From: an uncultured Verrucomicrobiae bacterium
GTDB taxonomy: Bacteria; Verrucomicrobiota; Verrucomicrobiia; Limisphaerales; Palsa-1400
NCBI GenBank assembly: GCA_963764165.1
Contig: CAVXRD010000001.1
Location: forward strand, 1,504,001 to 1,568,000
Direction of reading: 5' to 3'
DNA length: 64,000 nt
This document shows, one piece after another, positions 12,185 to 23,519 of the stretch. The notes under the pieces are model-generated. The model was given only the letters and a program-made list of their open reading frames with translations, searched no databases and was not told the DNA's origin. The stretch's first letter is position 1. Each line of letters starts with the position of its first letter. The position numbers were made by a program, and so were the translations under genes.

Positions 12185-12295
12185 GGTAGAAATTACTTCA
12201 CCACAACATGGCGTCGCGTGTGCGCGTATTTGTGTACACCTCGGCTTAGGGTGTTTTTACAAAATGCTTAATATAAGCAATTTACAACTTTATCG

Positions 12296-12325
12296 CCAAG
12301 GGTTCGAATCCCTTCGCTCGCTCCA
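12296..12325 (+). other. tRNA-Gly-like 3' fragment (att scar)
   Basis: AAGGG-TTCGAAT-CCCTT T-arm, then CGCTCGC-T-CCA (U discriminator, GCG-type acceptor typical of Gly). No D arm, anticodon arm or 5' acceptor strand upstream. Confidence 0.7.
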
Positions 12326-12519
12326 ATTTCTACCACAATCACTTACGTAAGAAGCATCTTCGCGGCATAACCTTTTCGCATAACAAATTCAAAGCTGTTC
12401 ACGACTATTTACCGCTGATTATCGCTGTCATTTTTGACGAATAATTCGTTTTTTCCGCGATTTGGTTTTCCGCTGATGGCCTCCCAATAAATATTTTTTC
12501 TCCACAAACTGAGATTCAT

Positions 12520-12805
12520 TCACGCTTTCCACCGTTCCGCTCCTCGCTGGATCGCTGTTACCTCCACAGCCTCGGCCAATCGCTGGAACGCAAGATTCTG
12601 CCGATTACGAGGCTCAGTCCTCTTTCCCGTAAAGCCGTTCAACTCATGATCAAACCGCCGCTCATGTCGCTGTCGAACTCGCTCCCAATAAAAAACAATC
12701 GCATCCTTCCGTTGAAATAAAAACCCACGCTCCGGCAGGCGGTCACTCTTTTTTCCGTTCACTTGAAGATCACACGGAAGCAGGTTCCATAGATCGTTGC
12801 AGTGT
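12520..12805 (-). pseudogene. C-terminal remnant of an HNH-domain protein
   Basis: Manual translation HCNDLWNLLPCDLQVNGKKSDRLP... gives an HNH-type 'NL.P.....N..KSD' motif; 5' part absent. Confidence 0.6.
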
Positions 12806-12858
12806 GATAGATAAAAGAAGCCCGCACAGAGGCGAACTTATTTCCCAAGCCGCGGATA

Positions 12859-15800
12859 CTAGTCTTCAGTTTTAAATGACACATCCGCACCCTGGCTCAG
12901 GCCGAGGCCGTTTACCGCGTTTATCCGATAGTGGTAAGTCGTGTTGCGGCTTAGACCCGAGAGGCTGAAGATAAGTCTCTGGGCCGAGGTTCCAATCCCG
13001 GTATGGGTGGTGGACGTGCCATAACTCGTCGTGGTTCCGAATTCAAAATAGACCGACGCGGGTGCTCCGTTGGGGTTGACATAGCCCGCCAGTTGCGCGG
13101 TGGTGCCGAGGACATTCGTTGCAGGAGAAGTCGTAACGCTCGGGAGGGCGGCGGTGGAGAAGTAAAGCGAGCTCGAAGAAACGCTTTCGTTGCCGAGGCT
13201 GTTGAACGCGGTCATGGACCATTGATATTCCTTCCCAAGTTCAAGGTACCCAGCCGGCAGGGCTTGGTTGGAACCGTGGGCGGAATAATTAACAATGAGA
13301 CTGCCCGTGGGATAGGCATAGATGGCGATATTGAAACTAGAAGCCTGACTCTCTCCGGTATAGGTGAAGTTGGGAGTTGTGGTCGCGAAGGCGGAATTGG
13401 AGGGTAAGGACGTGCCGGGTGATAACAGGGTGGGTGGCACGGGCACCCAAACGGTGGTAAAATTGGTATCCGCGCCATAAGTGATCCCGCCGCTGTTCAC
13501 CGCATTGATGCGATAGTGATAGGTGGTTGAAGAACTCAAGCCAGTGAGGGTGGCTTGAAAATCTCCCTGTGACGCGGTGCCGATGCCAGTTTGGGTGGTG
13601 ACCCAGCCATAGCTGGTGTTGGTCCCGTATTCGAAATAGGTGGTGGTTCCGCCCCCGTTGGGATTGACGCTTCCATTCAGAACCGCACCCGTGGTGGTGA
13701 CCGAGCTTGCGGCCAGCGTCTGGACGATGGGTGGCGGTTGCGAGGCTCCAGGGCTGGTTGTAAAAATAACGTCCGCTCCATATGTGATTCCTCCGCCATT
13801 CACGGCATTGATTCGATAATGATAGGTAGTGGAGGGATTCAGGCCGGAGATGGTAGCTTGGAAATCACTTTGTGGCGCTGTGCCGATGCCAGTTTGAGTG
13901 GTAACTTCGCCATAGCTTGTGCTGGTGCCGTATTCGAAATACGTGGTGGCACCTCCGCCATTCGGGTCGACGCTTCCATTTAATACAGCTCCGCTGGATG
14001 TCACGGAACTCGCGGCGAGCGTCTGGACTGTGGGGGGTGATTGCGATCCTCCCCCGGTGGTGGTAAAGGTGGCGTCCGCTCCGAATCCTTCTCCCGACGA
14101 GCTATAAGCAATGGCGCGAAAATGGTAGGTTGTGTTCGGGCTTAGTCCCGTGATGGGAGTGCTGTAGGTTTGAGCATCGTAATAGTCGGAGGTGGTGAAA
14201 AACTGGTTCGTGTAGGTCGAACTTCCATAGCTTGTATCGAGCCCATATTCGAACAAACCAGCAATGGGCAACCCGTTTCCATTGACGCTGCCGTTCAACG
14301 TGACCGAAGTGGCAGCCACGGAACTGGCGGAGAAGGTCAGGACGGTCGGAAGAGCAGGAGGGGGCGCGGCAGTTGTAACAAACTGGTCTCCACCATAGCT
14401 GACGCCGGCGCTGTTGGAGGCAACCAGTTGGAAATGGTAAAGGGTGCCTGGCGAAAGGCTGGCTGCGTAGGTCACGGCGACCGGATTGGTGATGGCCGCA
14501 CCGATCACGGTGGCAAAGGTATTCAGGCCGTAATTGGTGTCTCCGCCATATTGGAACCATGCAGTCGTATCGTTCCCGCTTGCAAAAGCGCTTCCGTTAA
14601 ATGTGGCGCCGTTGCTGGTCACCAGTGTGGCAGGCTCCGTCAGCACGGTGGGCGGTTGCGGATTTGTCGGCGCTGGATCCATGGTTGGGACGACCAATTG
14701 GTAAAAGCGTTGTTTGTTCGTCAGTGAATCCGTTGCGATGAGCGCGGAAATGCCGCCGGAAGCGTAAAAGTTGGTCAGCGTCCGCCAGATCACGGGCCGG
14801 GTATCAAGCGCGTCTGTGTAGAGCACCTGGTACGGTCGATAAGCCTGGGCGGTGAAATTGAGGCGGAATACGTTGCTCAGAACCTGGACTGAATCGATCT
14901 GAGGCGCCGTGGGCAGAATTTCATATTTCTGCTGCAAGTAGCCGTAGACCATTTGAAGTTCATCGCTGGTCAGGGCAGTATTGTAAACAAGAAGTTCCGC
15001 AATGTCTCCACGCCAAAATGTATCCCCGCTGGCACCGGACAATTTCCCCACGGCATAAGGACCCGCCAGGCTGGCCATCAGCATAGCCGGTGTGGCCGCC
15101 TGCGCGATAACCTCCTGGTTTTGGTACAAGGTGGTAATGTTGGCGCCATCACGGTTGGTTCCCACAACGACGGTTAGCACGGAGAAAAGCTGGGGACTGT
15201 GCACAACGGCGTTGCCGTTGACAAATTCCCTGCCGAATTGGGCCGTCACAGGGCCTGCACCGAAGAGTCCAAAGGAAACTGGCTGGCTGGAACCGGTGCT
15301 GGCACTGGAAAAGAGTCCCCGGGAAGTGTCGGTCATGCCCTGATCGTTCATCACCGCAACAATGGTAAACTGGGGTGACGTGATAACCTGAGTGGGGATA
15401 ATGAGGGACTGGTTTCCGCTCGCGCCGAACTGCACTGCAGGGAAGCCATTTGCCACGCCCGGCGCCAGCATGGGTTCGGCACTTGGGTCGGTTTGGCTCG
15501 CATCGTTACCCCAGCCCGATTGGTCGCCCCAGAAAGAAACTAATCCATTGGTGTCGGTCACGAGTTCGGTGTCGGCGGTGAGCCAAAGGACCAAATTGGT
15601 ATTGAAAAGGCCCGGGTCAGGCAATGGCTTGGACAAGCCCGAGCGCAATACTTTGACCATCACCGATGCGCTGGAGCTCCGGCCCATGTAGTCCGTGGCC
15701 ACCAAGGTCAAAGTTTGGGTGATGGGTGCCAGACCGGAGACACTTATCGAGTTGCCCTGTCCGATTTGCTTTTTGCCGGAATACCAGATCAAGCTTCCAT

Positions 15801-18800
15801 CCGGAATCACTTGGTGGCGGTCGTCGACCGCGTTCCCCGCGCAATGGAGAGCTTCCTCGTTGCCGGTGCTCGAGCCATTTTTGGGGCTGGTGATCGACAC
15901 GATGGGCGGATTGCCGCCCTCAGCGAACGGGGTCGAAATAACGGTCGTTTCGTTGAAGCCGTCATTTACCCGCAAACGCAGCAACGTAGTAGCGCACGTG
16001 CTGAAGTGCGAACTGGTAATGGAAACATAATTCGTATCAGGCCCGTAATAGAGTCCATTCCAGGTTTGCCCCATGTCGGTGGAGAAATCCACCGCCGTCA
16101 TCAGCATGTCTTTGTCGGCATCCGTTGCCGTCCAATTTACAGTTGTGACCAACTGGCCGATGGCATTGGGCATATCAGGCACCACATTGTTGATTTGGAC
16201 CACCGGCGCGTTGGGACTGCGCATCAATTTGGTGATCATCGAACCGTTGTGCATCACGGTCAGGCTGCCGAAGCCGTCCATGGTGTTGCTGGGAATCAAG
16301 GCATCCAAAAGATAGGAGAGTTCGCTATTGGTGTCATCTTGAGCCGTGCTCACGGTCATCGGGATGTCGTACAACAAATTTCCTGAACCATCCAGAGCCT
16401 GCAAATGAAAAGGTGAAGAGGAGGGTGGTCCCAAGTAAGGGAATGTTCCGGGCGTCACATCAAAAATGGACGCGCCCAAACGGCTGACCAAGGCATTCAC
16501 GCGGATGCCAGGGGTATTATTTACGGTGGTCTGATCATCCGAGGTTTCGTAAGGAGGGCAAGACACGTTGGCGGGGGGATAGCCATAGACCGTATTTGTG
16601 CCATAGAAGCCGGCTTGCCCCGAGCCCCCAAGCATCCAGTAAATCGTTTCCTCCCAGCCTTTTGGTGATATCCACTCATCAGGATCAGCGTTGATCCCAA
16701 GCAGGGTGCCGATGTCGTTATCGCCGTAAGACATAAAATCATAATAATAGTGGCTTGAGGAACCTCCGGGTATGGCAGGTCCGCTGATTCCATTGAAATA
16801 AACTGGAACCGTCAAGTCGCGGCGGTCGATGCCTACGCCGTCAATGTAACCCATATTATCGGGCGGCCACTGCTCCCAGCAACCGCTGGAGGTGTCCCCG
16901 GCTCCGCCATTCGGACTGGCGTGAGGTCGTGAAAATTGATGGGAAACCTCATGAATGGCCGAGTTTAAAGGCCCCAAATTGTCGCGAAACACCGAAACGC
17001 TATGGGGGTACAGGAAGCCCAATCCTCCAGCGATCTGGGAAGAGTTATAGGTCTTCCCTCGAATTCGTTCGGAAAATCCGGACCCGGGGTCGTATTCTGG
17101 AAAAATGCCCACGACGATGTTGCCCGTTTGAAAGTAATTGAATTTGTTGGCAATGGCGTGAACTCGCATGATGGCAAGGTAGGACCGGTCGTCGCCCGAA
17201 ATGCTTTGCCCCGCAATCGAAGAGGTGTTCCAAATTCCGGTGATGTCGGAATAGACGGTAAAATCATACAGCTTAAGGGGTCCATTACCGGACTGGCTCT
17301 CCCCGAGCGGCAACAAATTAATGCCATCGTCCAGGGTTGTTTGCGGTATATTCATGTCACACTCGGGACAGGTGGCGTTGTTATTGTTGACGGTCAGGCC
17401 AATGGGAATAAATTGAATATTGGGCATGGCCAGAAAGCCAATGTCTGTCATGGTGAGGGTGTCATTCGCGGGGCAGCAATCCATGCTTGGGACGGCCGGG
17501 GCGAGCACCTGCAAGTTCGGCACAAGTTGCGCCTGCAGCGTGATTTTTCCAAACGAGGGAGTAGTCCAGGACGGTGGCAACGTGAATCTGTAGTCATCTG
17601 AACTTGCGCGTTGCGCATCACTAACCACACCGGCCCCAACCCAATGTTGCGGATAAGCGGGATTGGTGCTCGCAGTTGGAAGCGGACTGCCAGGGAGAGG
17701 AGTCACAATGCCAAACGCATCCGCCGCATAACCATAGAGCAGGCAACTGATCTGTGGAACTTTCGTGGCGGAAGACTGAGGTTGGGGAGAACTCATGGCA
17801 GCGAATACGCGGACGACCGTTTTGCCACCCATGGCGAGGTCCACACCCGAGTAGGGGATGGACGACGCGGGGTTGCCGGTATTCGGATCAGTTGGCCGCA
17901 CCGGAAGGGCTGTGTATTGAATGCCTTGAGTCACTTCCATGTTGACGATGGCCGCATCGTAGGTGTTGGCGACCGTCACGTTAAAATTCACGGAGTGGGG
18001 ACCGTATCCTCCGGCTCCCGATGTCGGCGTCGCGGTGAAGGTTACGTTCTTGTTCAATACTGGAACGGCCGAGCTGTCTGCGGTCAAAATCACAACGATT
18101 AAATCATTGTCAGTTCCCTGAGAGGTAGTGGGCGAGATGCCCGCCGTGACTCCATCGGGCAGACCGGTGCAGGTGTAAGAAATGTCTCCAGAGGAACCGT
18201 TGATTCTTGTCAACTGAATAGTAACCGACGCAAGGAAAGTTCCATTTGCGCTGGTCCCTTCTGGAACCAATACTGTGCCAACCGTGGGGGAACCTTGGTA
18301 TTGGAGGGAGAAGTCCGGCAACTGAGGGCCGGAGAGCGTGTCAAACTCCAAATCATCAATACGGATGTTCTCGTTATAAAAACCATTGATCACGAAGCTC
18401 GCGATGTCTTTTCCCGATGAAGTCACGGAGAGATTGGTCCATCCTTCCTTCGACGCATTTGCTGCCACGAGAACTTGGTTCGTTCCCACGATGTTGCCTC
18501 CAAGATCGTAGGCGGTCAGGGTAACTTGACCGCCGCCGGGTGATTTGGCCCCCACGGAGACGCTTATGTAAGTGTGATGTGGATCAACGAAAGTCGCTTG
18601 CAAATAACTGCTGGGCTGCTCACCGCCATGCGTCGAAATATCTAGGATGTTCGGAGAGGAAGGAGCGGTGGCGTCCGCGATTACAAAACCAGCCGAGGAC
18701 TGAAACGGGGCAAAATTTACACCCATGCTGGAATACTGGTCGCTGACGTAGGTTCCGGTCGGAAGGTCATCGAACCCAACGACGGTGTCCGCCCGGGCGG

Positions 18801-18855
18801 TCAAGCAGGCCGACACGGAGCAAACCGCGATTGCCAGAATGATTTTCAAGTTCAT
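12859..18855 (-). CDS. Giant secreted multidomain protein (zincin-like HExxH region, LamG-like domain, FN3-like repeats)
   Basis: Signal peptide; HEVSHQFSRPH followed by DFMSY Met-turn; LWL.AD...GDIAELLVYNTAL LamG-like region; about 5 'P.V.T..A..V....A.LNG.V.PNG....YFEYG....YG' repeats. Confidence 0.8.
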   Translation of the reverse strand: MNLKIILAIAVCSVSACLTARADTVVGFDDLPTGTYVSDQYSSMGVNFAPFQSSAGFVIADATAPSSPNILDISTHGGEQPSSYLQATFVDPHHTYISVSVGAKSPGGGQVTLTAYDLGGNIVGTNQVLVAANASKEGWTNLSVTSSGKDIASFVINGFYNENIRIDDLEFDTLSGPQLPDFSLQYQGSPTVGTVLVPEGTSANGTFLASVTIQLTRINGSSGDISYTCTGLPDGVTAGISPTTSQGTDNDLIVVILTADSSAVPVLNKNVTFTATPTSGAGGYGPHSVNFNVTVANTYDAAIVNMEVTQGIQYTALPVRPTDPNTGNPASSIPYSGVDLAMGGKTVVRVFAAMSSPQPQSSATKVPQISCLLYGYAADAFGIVTPLPGSPLPTASTNPAYPQHWVGAGVVSDAQRASSDDYRFTLPPSWTTPSFGKITLQAQLVPNLQVLAPAVPSMDCCPANDTLTMTDIGFLAMPNIQFIPIGLTVNNNNATCPECDMNIPQTTLDDGINLLPLGESQSGNGPLKLYDFTVYSDITGIWNTSSIAGQSISGDDRSYLAIMRVHAIANKFNYFQTGNIVVGIFPEYDPGSGFSERIRGKTYNSSQIAGGLGFLYPHSVSVFRDNLGPLNSAIHEVSHQFSRPHASPNGGAGDTSSGCWEQWPPDNMGYIDGVGIDRRDLTVPVYFNGISGPAIPGGSSSHYYYDFMSYGDNDIGTLLGINADPDEWISPKGWEETIYWMLGGSGQAGFYGTNTVYGYPPANVSCPPYETSDDQTTVNNTPGIRVNALVSRLGASIFDVTPGTFPYLGPPSSSPFHLQALDGSGNLLYDIPMTVSTAQDDTNSELSYLLDALIPSNTMDGFGSLTVMHNGSMITKLMRSPNAPVVQINNVVPDMPNAIGQLVTTVNWTATDADKDMLMTAVDFSTDMGQTWNGLYYGPDTNYVSITSSHFSTCATTLLRLRVNDGFNETTVISTPFAEGGNPPIVSITSPKNGSSTGNEEALHCAGNAVDDRHQVIPDGSLIWYSGKKQIGQGNSISVSGLAPITQTLTLVATDYMGRSSSASVMVKVLRSGLSKPLPDPGLFNTNLVLWLTADTELVTDTNGLVSFWGDQSGWGNDASQTDPSAEPMLAPGVANGFPAVQFGASGNQSLIIPTQVITSPQFTIVAVMNDQGMTDTSRGLFSSASTGSSQPVSFGLFGAGPVTAQFGREFVNGNAVVHSPQLFSVLTVVVGTNRDGANITTLYQNQEVIAQAATPAMLMASLAGPYAVGKLSGASGDTFWRGDIAELLVYNTALTSDELQMVYGYLQQKYEILPTAPQIDSVQVLSNVFRLNFTAQAYRPYQVLYTDALDTRPVIWRTLTNFYASGGISALIATDSLTNKQRFYQLVVPTMDPAPTNPQPPTVLTEPATLVTSNGATFNGSAFASGNDTTAWFQYGGDTNYGLNTFATVIGAAITNPVAVTYAASLSPGTLYHFQLVASNSAGVSYGGDQFVTTAAPPPALPTVLTFSASSVAATSVTLNGSVNGNGLPIAGLFEYGLDTSYGSSTYTNQFFTTSDYYDAQTYSTPITGLSPNTTYHFRAIAYSSSGEGFGADATFTTTGGGSQSPPTVQTLAASSVTSSGAVLNGSVDPNGGGATTYFEYGTSTSYGEVTTQTGIGTAPQSDFQATISGLNPSTTYHYRINAVNGGGITYGADVIFTTSPGASQPPPIVQTLAASSVTTTGAVLNGSVNPNGGGTTTYFEYGTNTSYGWVTTQTGIGTASQGDFQATLTGLSSSTTYHYRINAVNSGGITYGADTNFTTVWVPVPPTLLSPGTSLPSNSAFATTTPNFTYTGESQASSFNIAIYAYPTGSLIVNYSAHGSNQALPAGYLELGKEYQWSMTAFNSLGNESVSSSSLYFSTAALPSVTTSPATNVLGTTAQLAGYVNPNGAPASVYFEFGTTTSYGTSTTHTGIGTSAQRLIFSLSGLSRNTTYHYRINAVNGLGLSQGADVSFKTED

Positions 18856-19027
18856 AGCGTTTTCTGATTTATGGTGTGCCCCGATGAGTTAAGCAGCCGT
18901 TCCTGATTGTTCGTGGGTGAACTGATGCATTTTTCATTAATCAATGCGGGATTTCGCGGCCAAAGACGCAAAATATTTTGCGCGAGGAAAACGAACCGTC
19001 GAAGGCGCCCTGCGTGGCGCGTCACTA

Positions 19028-22000
19028 CTAATTTAATCTCAGGCTGGCCAGGACCTGCTCGATTTCCCGCAAACTCCAGATGGCGATGTCGCCGTTCTCG
19101 CGGGCCACGGCAAGGCGACGGCTGTCCAGACTCCAGGCCAATGCGTAGACCGTGCTATTTTCTTCCGGCAGGGAGTAAAGGTATTTGCCCGTTTTGGGAT
19201 CCCAGATTTCCACGCCGCGCACAGAACGCGTATCGAACGCGAGCAAGGAACCGTCGGGACTGAGGCAAAAGTTCCAGATCGACGCCGGCCACGCTCTAAT
19301 GTCTCCAATTGGAAATGAGGAAATGCATTTTTCCGTCGCCAGATCGAAGGTAGCCACCTCCACGTTGGTTCCAGTCGTGAACATCAACTGGCGGCTGTCC
19401 GGTGTGAAGCTGCAACATTGAACGCCCCACAGCACTCCGGGTCCGACCGAACGCGGTTGATCCGCCCGCTGAAAATCCCAAATGTAAATGCCGCTCCCCT
19501 CAAACACCACGAATTTTGCGTCCGGCGAAAACAACAGGCTGTTTCCGGATGCCGTTGCCGACTTGAAAAGCGTGGCTGAAATTTTTCCCTGCCTGTCGCC
19601 GGGCGAGCCGTGCTGGATCTCCCAAATCTTGGTTCCGCTGCGACCGGTTGCGGCAACGAAATGGCCGTCGGGACTGAACTGCGCCGCCCAGATTCGCCCG
19701 ACGCCGTTACCACGGAGTTCGAGAAGCCGCTCGCCAGTATGCGCGTCCCAAATCCAGATCAAATCCGTTTCCCAATCTCCGGTGACCAGCCATTGCCCAT
19801 CGGCGCTGTAGCCCACGCATTGGCCTGGGCCGGGAAGAGTGCCAGAATCCCACAGGATGTCGCCTTTTACAGCGTCGCTCACTCTTGCCACGCGATCCTT
19901 CCCCACCGACACAATGCGCGCGCCATCCGGACTGAAGGCAATGCTGGTCACAGCGTCGCTGTGGGAGTGCAGCGTCAATTTTTCGGGGGTTTCCAGCCTG
20001 TATACCCACGGGCGCCTGGCAGACAGTGTCACCAAAAACCTTGCATCAGGCGCGAAGGCAAGTGGCGAAGCATCTTCCGGCTCCTCCAAAAAAGCTATGT
20101 CCTCCTGGCGCGCCAGACTCCAGAGACGGATGCGCATTTGATGTCTGATTGGAACGGCGATGGTGTCATTGGCGATGGCTGCGCCCGATCGAAAAAACTC
20201 CTTAAGATCGCTGACTCGTTGGAAACCAGGGAGCGAGTAGACCGTCCCACCTGAAACTGAAAAATAAGAAAGATGCGTTCCGTCAGGACTGAATTCGAGA
20301 CTTCCCGAGCTCGCCAACTGGGTTTGTTGCCGTCCCACGCGCCGGCCGCTCTCCACTTCCCAAAGTTCTAAAACGGGCTTGTTCGTGTCAGTGGGATCCA
20401 CGTTTTGCACCGCCAGATACTGTCCGTCAGGACTTAGAGCCGCGCTCCGGACATTGGTCATTTCAATCCCTGGGACGAACGTCCGGGTCTGCAAATTAAA
20501 CAGCCTCAGCTTCGAGTCTGGATTAGCCGCGTGTTCTTGCAACGGCGAGATCGAGGTAACGATGGAGGCAAACATGCCTTTGGTGGAGGCCGACAGGTCG
20601 ATGGCCCCGGGCAACAGGCTATTTTCCGTTTGAGACCAGATTCCGTTGGTTCTGCGGTTCCAAATATAAAGCCGCACGGCGGGCTGCCCCTGTTTCCGTG
20701 TTCCTGGAATCGGCCCGTACAGCGCAAACAATTGATCGCCCGTAGAATTGAAGCTGAGACTTGCTGGATAGTTCGTGCCCGCCAGCCGGGCCACTTCCCT
20801 GCCCGATGGAATCTCCCGCAGCAGGATCGTGCCATTGGCCAGTGCAAACGCCCCTAATTTTCCAGACACATCGAGATCCGCCGAGGTGATATTCGAGTTC
20901 GTTGGAAAATCGTCAAATGTCGTCGGCATCAGCCCAACAAAATCGCCGAGGGCGGCTACGGCTTCGCGCCGCAAACCAGACGGGTCTTTTTGGGGAACTT
21001 GAAGATCGCGCGCCTCTTGAAGAAGTTTGAAAACTTTGTCGCGATAACCCATGCGCCGGGCCAGCCTCGTCTCGCGCGCCTGGCCAACGAGCGAATCGTA
21101 AAGTTCCCGGCGCGCCGACGCTTTTTGATCCGCTTCGCTCGCCTCCGCTTTCTGCGCGCGATAGTGAGCCTGACGTTCCCGCAAGAACATCCACGTCGAA
21201 ACTGCCAAGCCTGCGCCGAGCGCGGCGACGAACGTCGCAGCGACGACAAAAGCGACCTTGTTGCGGCGCATCATTTTTTGAAAGCGATAGCCCGAACTTG
21301 GCGGGCGGGCGATGACAGGCTCGTTGGCTAAATGGCGCTCGATGTCCATCGCCAATCCGTTGGCGGTTTCGTAACGACGCGTGCGGTCCTTTTCAAGGCA
21401 CTTCATCGCGATCCAATCAAGATCACCCTGCAATTGGTGAAGCAGCCTGGTCGTATCGGTGGATCTTCGCTTCGCTGTCGCGGTCAAATCATCGCCCTTG
21501 AGTGTTGAGAAACTCGTGCTTGGCCGCACTGGCTCTTGCTCTCGAATGGTTTTGCGCATCGCGTCCAGGCCCGCTGCGATGAGTTCCTTTCCATCGAATG
21601 GAGTTCGCCCGGCCAGAAGCTCGTAGAGCAAAACACCCAGGCTGTAAATGTCGCTGCGCGTATCAATATCCAGACCGCTCATCTCCGCCTGTTCCGGACT
21701 CATGTAGGCGGGCGTGCCCATGAACTGATGCAACTGCGTGTAAACTGTTTCCGCCGTCAGCCGGCCTTCCGTCGCCTTGGCGATGCCAAAATCAATGACC
21801 TTCGGCACCGGCACGCCGTCGTGAAGCGTGACCATGATGTTCGACGGCTTGATGTCGCGATGGATGATTCCCTTTTGGTGCGCGTGCTGGACGGCGTGGC
21901 AGACCTTGATCATCAAGTTCAACCGTTCCGTCGTGTTGAGTTGGTTCTGGTCGCAGTAATCGGTAATCTTAACGCCCCGCACCAATTCCATGACAAAAAA

Positions 22001-22479
22001 CGGCGGCCGGTCTCTGTGGCGGCGGCGTCGAAGACCTTGGCGATGTTGGGATGATCCATCATGGCCAGGGCCTGGCGCTCCGCTTCGAAACGCGCGACCA
22101 CCTGCCTGGTATCCATTCCCAGCTTGATGACTTTCAGGGCAACGCGGCGCCGCACTGGCTCGTTCTGCTGGGCGACGTAGACAACTCCGCAGCCACCTTC
22201 GCCTACTTTCTCCAGCAGCCTGTAGCGGCCGATCGTTTGGCCAACGGCCTCGTCATCCGGGTTGATCAGGCTGGATTTGGCCGATTCGCCACTAGGCCTT
22301 GGCGCAGGACTGTCAAAGAAATCGCCAGCCTCCTGATCAGCTTGAAGAAGCTCCTCCACTTGCTGGCGCAAGGAGGCGTCGCCAACGCACACTTCATCAA
22401 GGTACGCGGCGCGCTCATCGCCGGGCAACTTGCGCGCTGTATTGAAAACATCCGCTGCACGCGCGGGGGATTCTGGCAT
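19028..22479 (-). pseudogene. Ser/Thr protein kinase with WD40 repeats, frameshifted at about 22000
   Basis: GEGGCGVVY, VALKVIK in the upstream frame; HRDIKPSN, DFGIAK, GTPAYMSPEQ and WD40 repeats in the downstream frame. One extra base at ACC GGC CGC CG TTTTTT GTC ATG restores TGRPFFVMELV. Confidence 0.85.
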
Positions 22480-22676
22480 AAATTCGCGTCCCACTATCCG
22501 TCCATGGTTGTGAGAAATCGAAGCAAATAGACCGTTCCAACATTCCTATGTTGTTGAACCAGCGGCATTCGCTCATCCATTACCAATGCAGGATTCCAGC
22601 GCAAAAAGCGCAAAAAAGTTACTCATGCGAAAAACAAATTCGAGCAAACCGCTAGAAGAACATTCGATCAACCTGC

Positions 22677-23240
22677 TCATGGAAGTTGTGCCTTGATTTC
22701 CCGGTAGAGCCAGGCGCGCGCGAAGGCCCAATAGTTGTCGGCAGTGCGCGCGGAAATATTCAGCGCCGCAGCCGCTTCCTCCAAAGTCATTCCCACGAAA
22801 TAGCGAAGCTTCACCAATTCAGCTTCCGCCTTGTGCTGCACGGCGAGTTTGTCGAGAGCGTCGTTGACGGCCAGAAGCTTGTCATCGGGATATGGAGCGC
22901 GAACCTCGTCGGCAAGTTCGAAGTCAACGCGCTGCTGGCCGCCACCGTGGCGAATGGCCCGCTTGCTCAAGGCTCTGTCAATTAGAATACGCCGCATCGC
23001 CTCAGCTGCGGCGGAGAAAAAATGTGCGCGATTGGCAAAAGGCGGATTCTCCGCCCCGACCAGTCGCAGCCACGCTTCGTGGACCAGCGCGGTGGGCTGC
23101 AAAGTCTGATTAGGCGATTCACGGGCCATCTTAGACGCTGCCAGCTTGCGCAACTCATCGTAGACGAGGGGGAGCAGTTCGTCAGCGGCCTTGAGGTCCC
23201 CGTGTTCGATCGAATCAAAGATGCGGGTGAGCTGACTCAT
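22677..23240 (-). CDS. ECF sigma factor, TIGR02999/ECF43-type, upstream of the kinase
   Basis: LLPLVYDELRKLA...QTLQPTALVHEAWLRL...WAFARAWL. Confidence 0.93.
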   Translation of the reverse strand: MSQLTRIFDSIEHGDLKAADELLPLVYDELRKLAASKMARESPNQTLQPTALVHEAWLRLVGAENPPFANRAHFFSAAAEAMRRILIDRALSKRAIRHGGGQQRVDFELADEVRAPYPDDKLLAVNDALDKLAVQHKAEAELVKLRYFVGMTLEEAAAALNISARTADNYWAFARAWLYREIKAQLP

Positions 23241-23519
23241 TGAGCCTCTAGCTTAACCTGCTCCCGAGGCGTTTCGCCAGAGATTATCGCAGCGGATATC
23301 ATTTGCCAATGGACCCGGCGGTCGTAGTCTGACGAAGTCTTCCCAATATCATCGGCAGGGACCGCCCCTCGCGCAACGGTCTCGGTTTCGATTTTATGAT
23401 CCGTGCTGATGGGTGATTGACCTCGCCCTTCTATCACGGCTCCGATTTCGTCGCAAGTAGGTAAAGACGCTCTTGAGATTCGGCGTCCCTCCATTATCGT
23501 AGGGGTAACTAGAAGCGCG

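Noticed and set aside
12250..12325. Complete tRNA gene
   Set aside because: Only the T-arm and 3' acceptor strand are present; the upstream sequence is AT-rich and cannot form the cloverleaf.
4511..18855. Repetitive DNA in the LRR, ankyrin and FN3-like genes as a possible CRISPR array or DGR
   Set aside because: The repeats are in-frame degenerate protein repeats; no constant repeat/spacer pattern, cas gene or reverse transcriptase was seen in the window.
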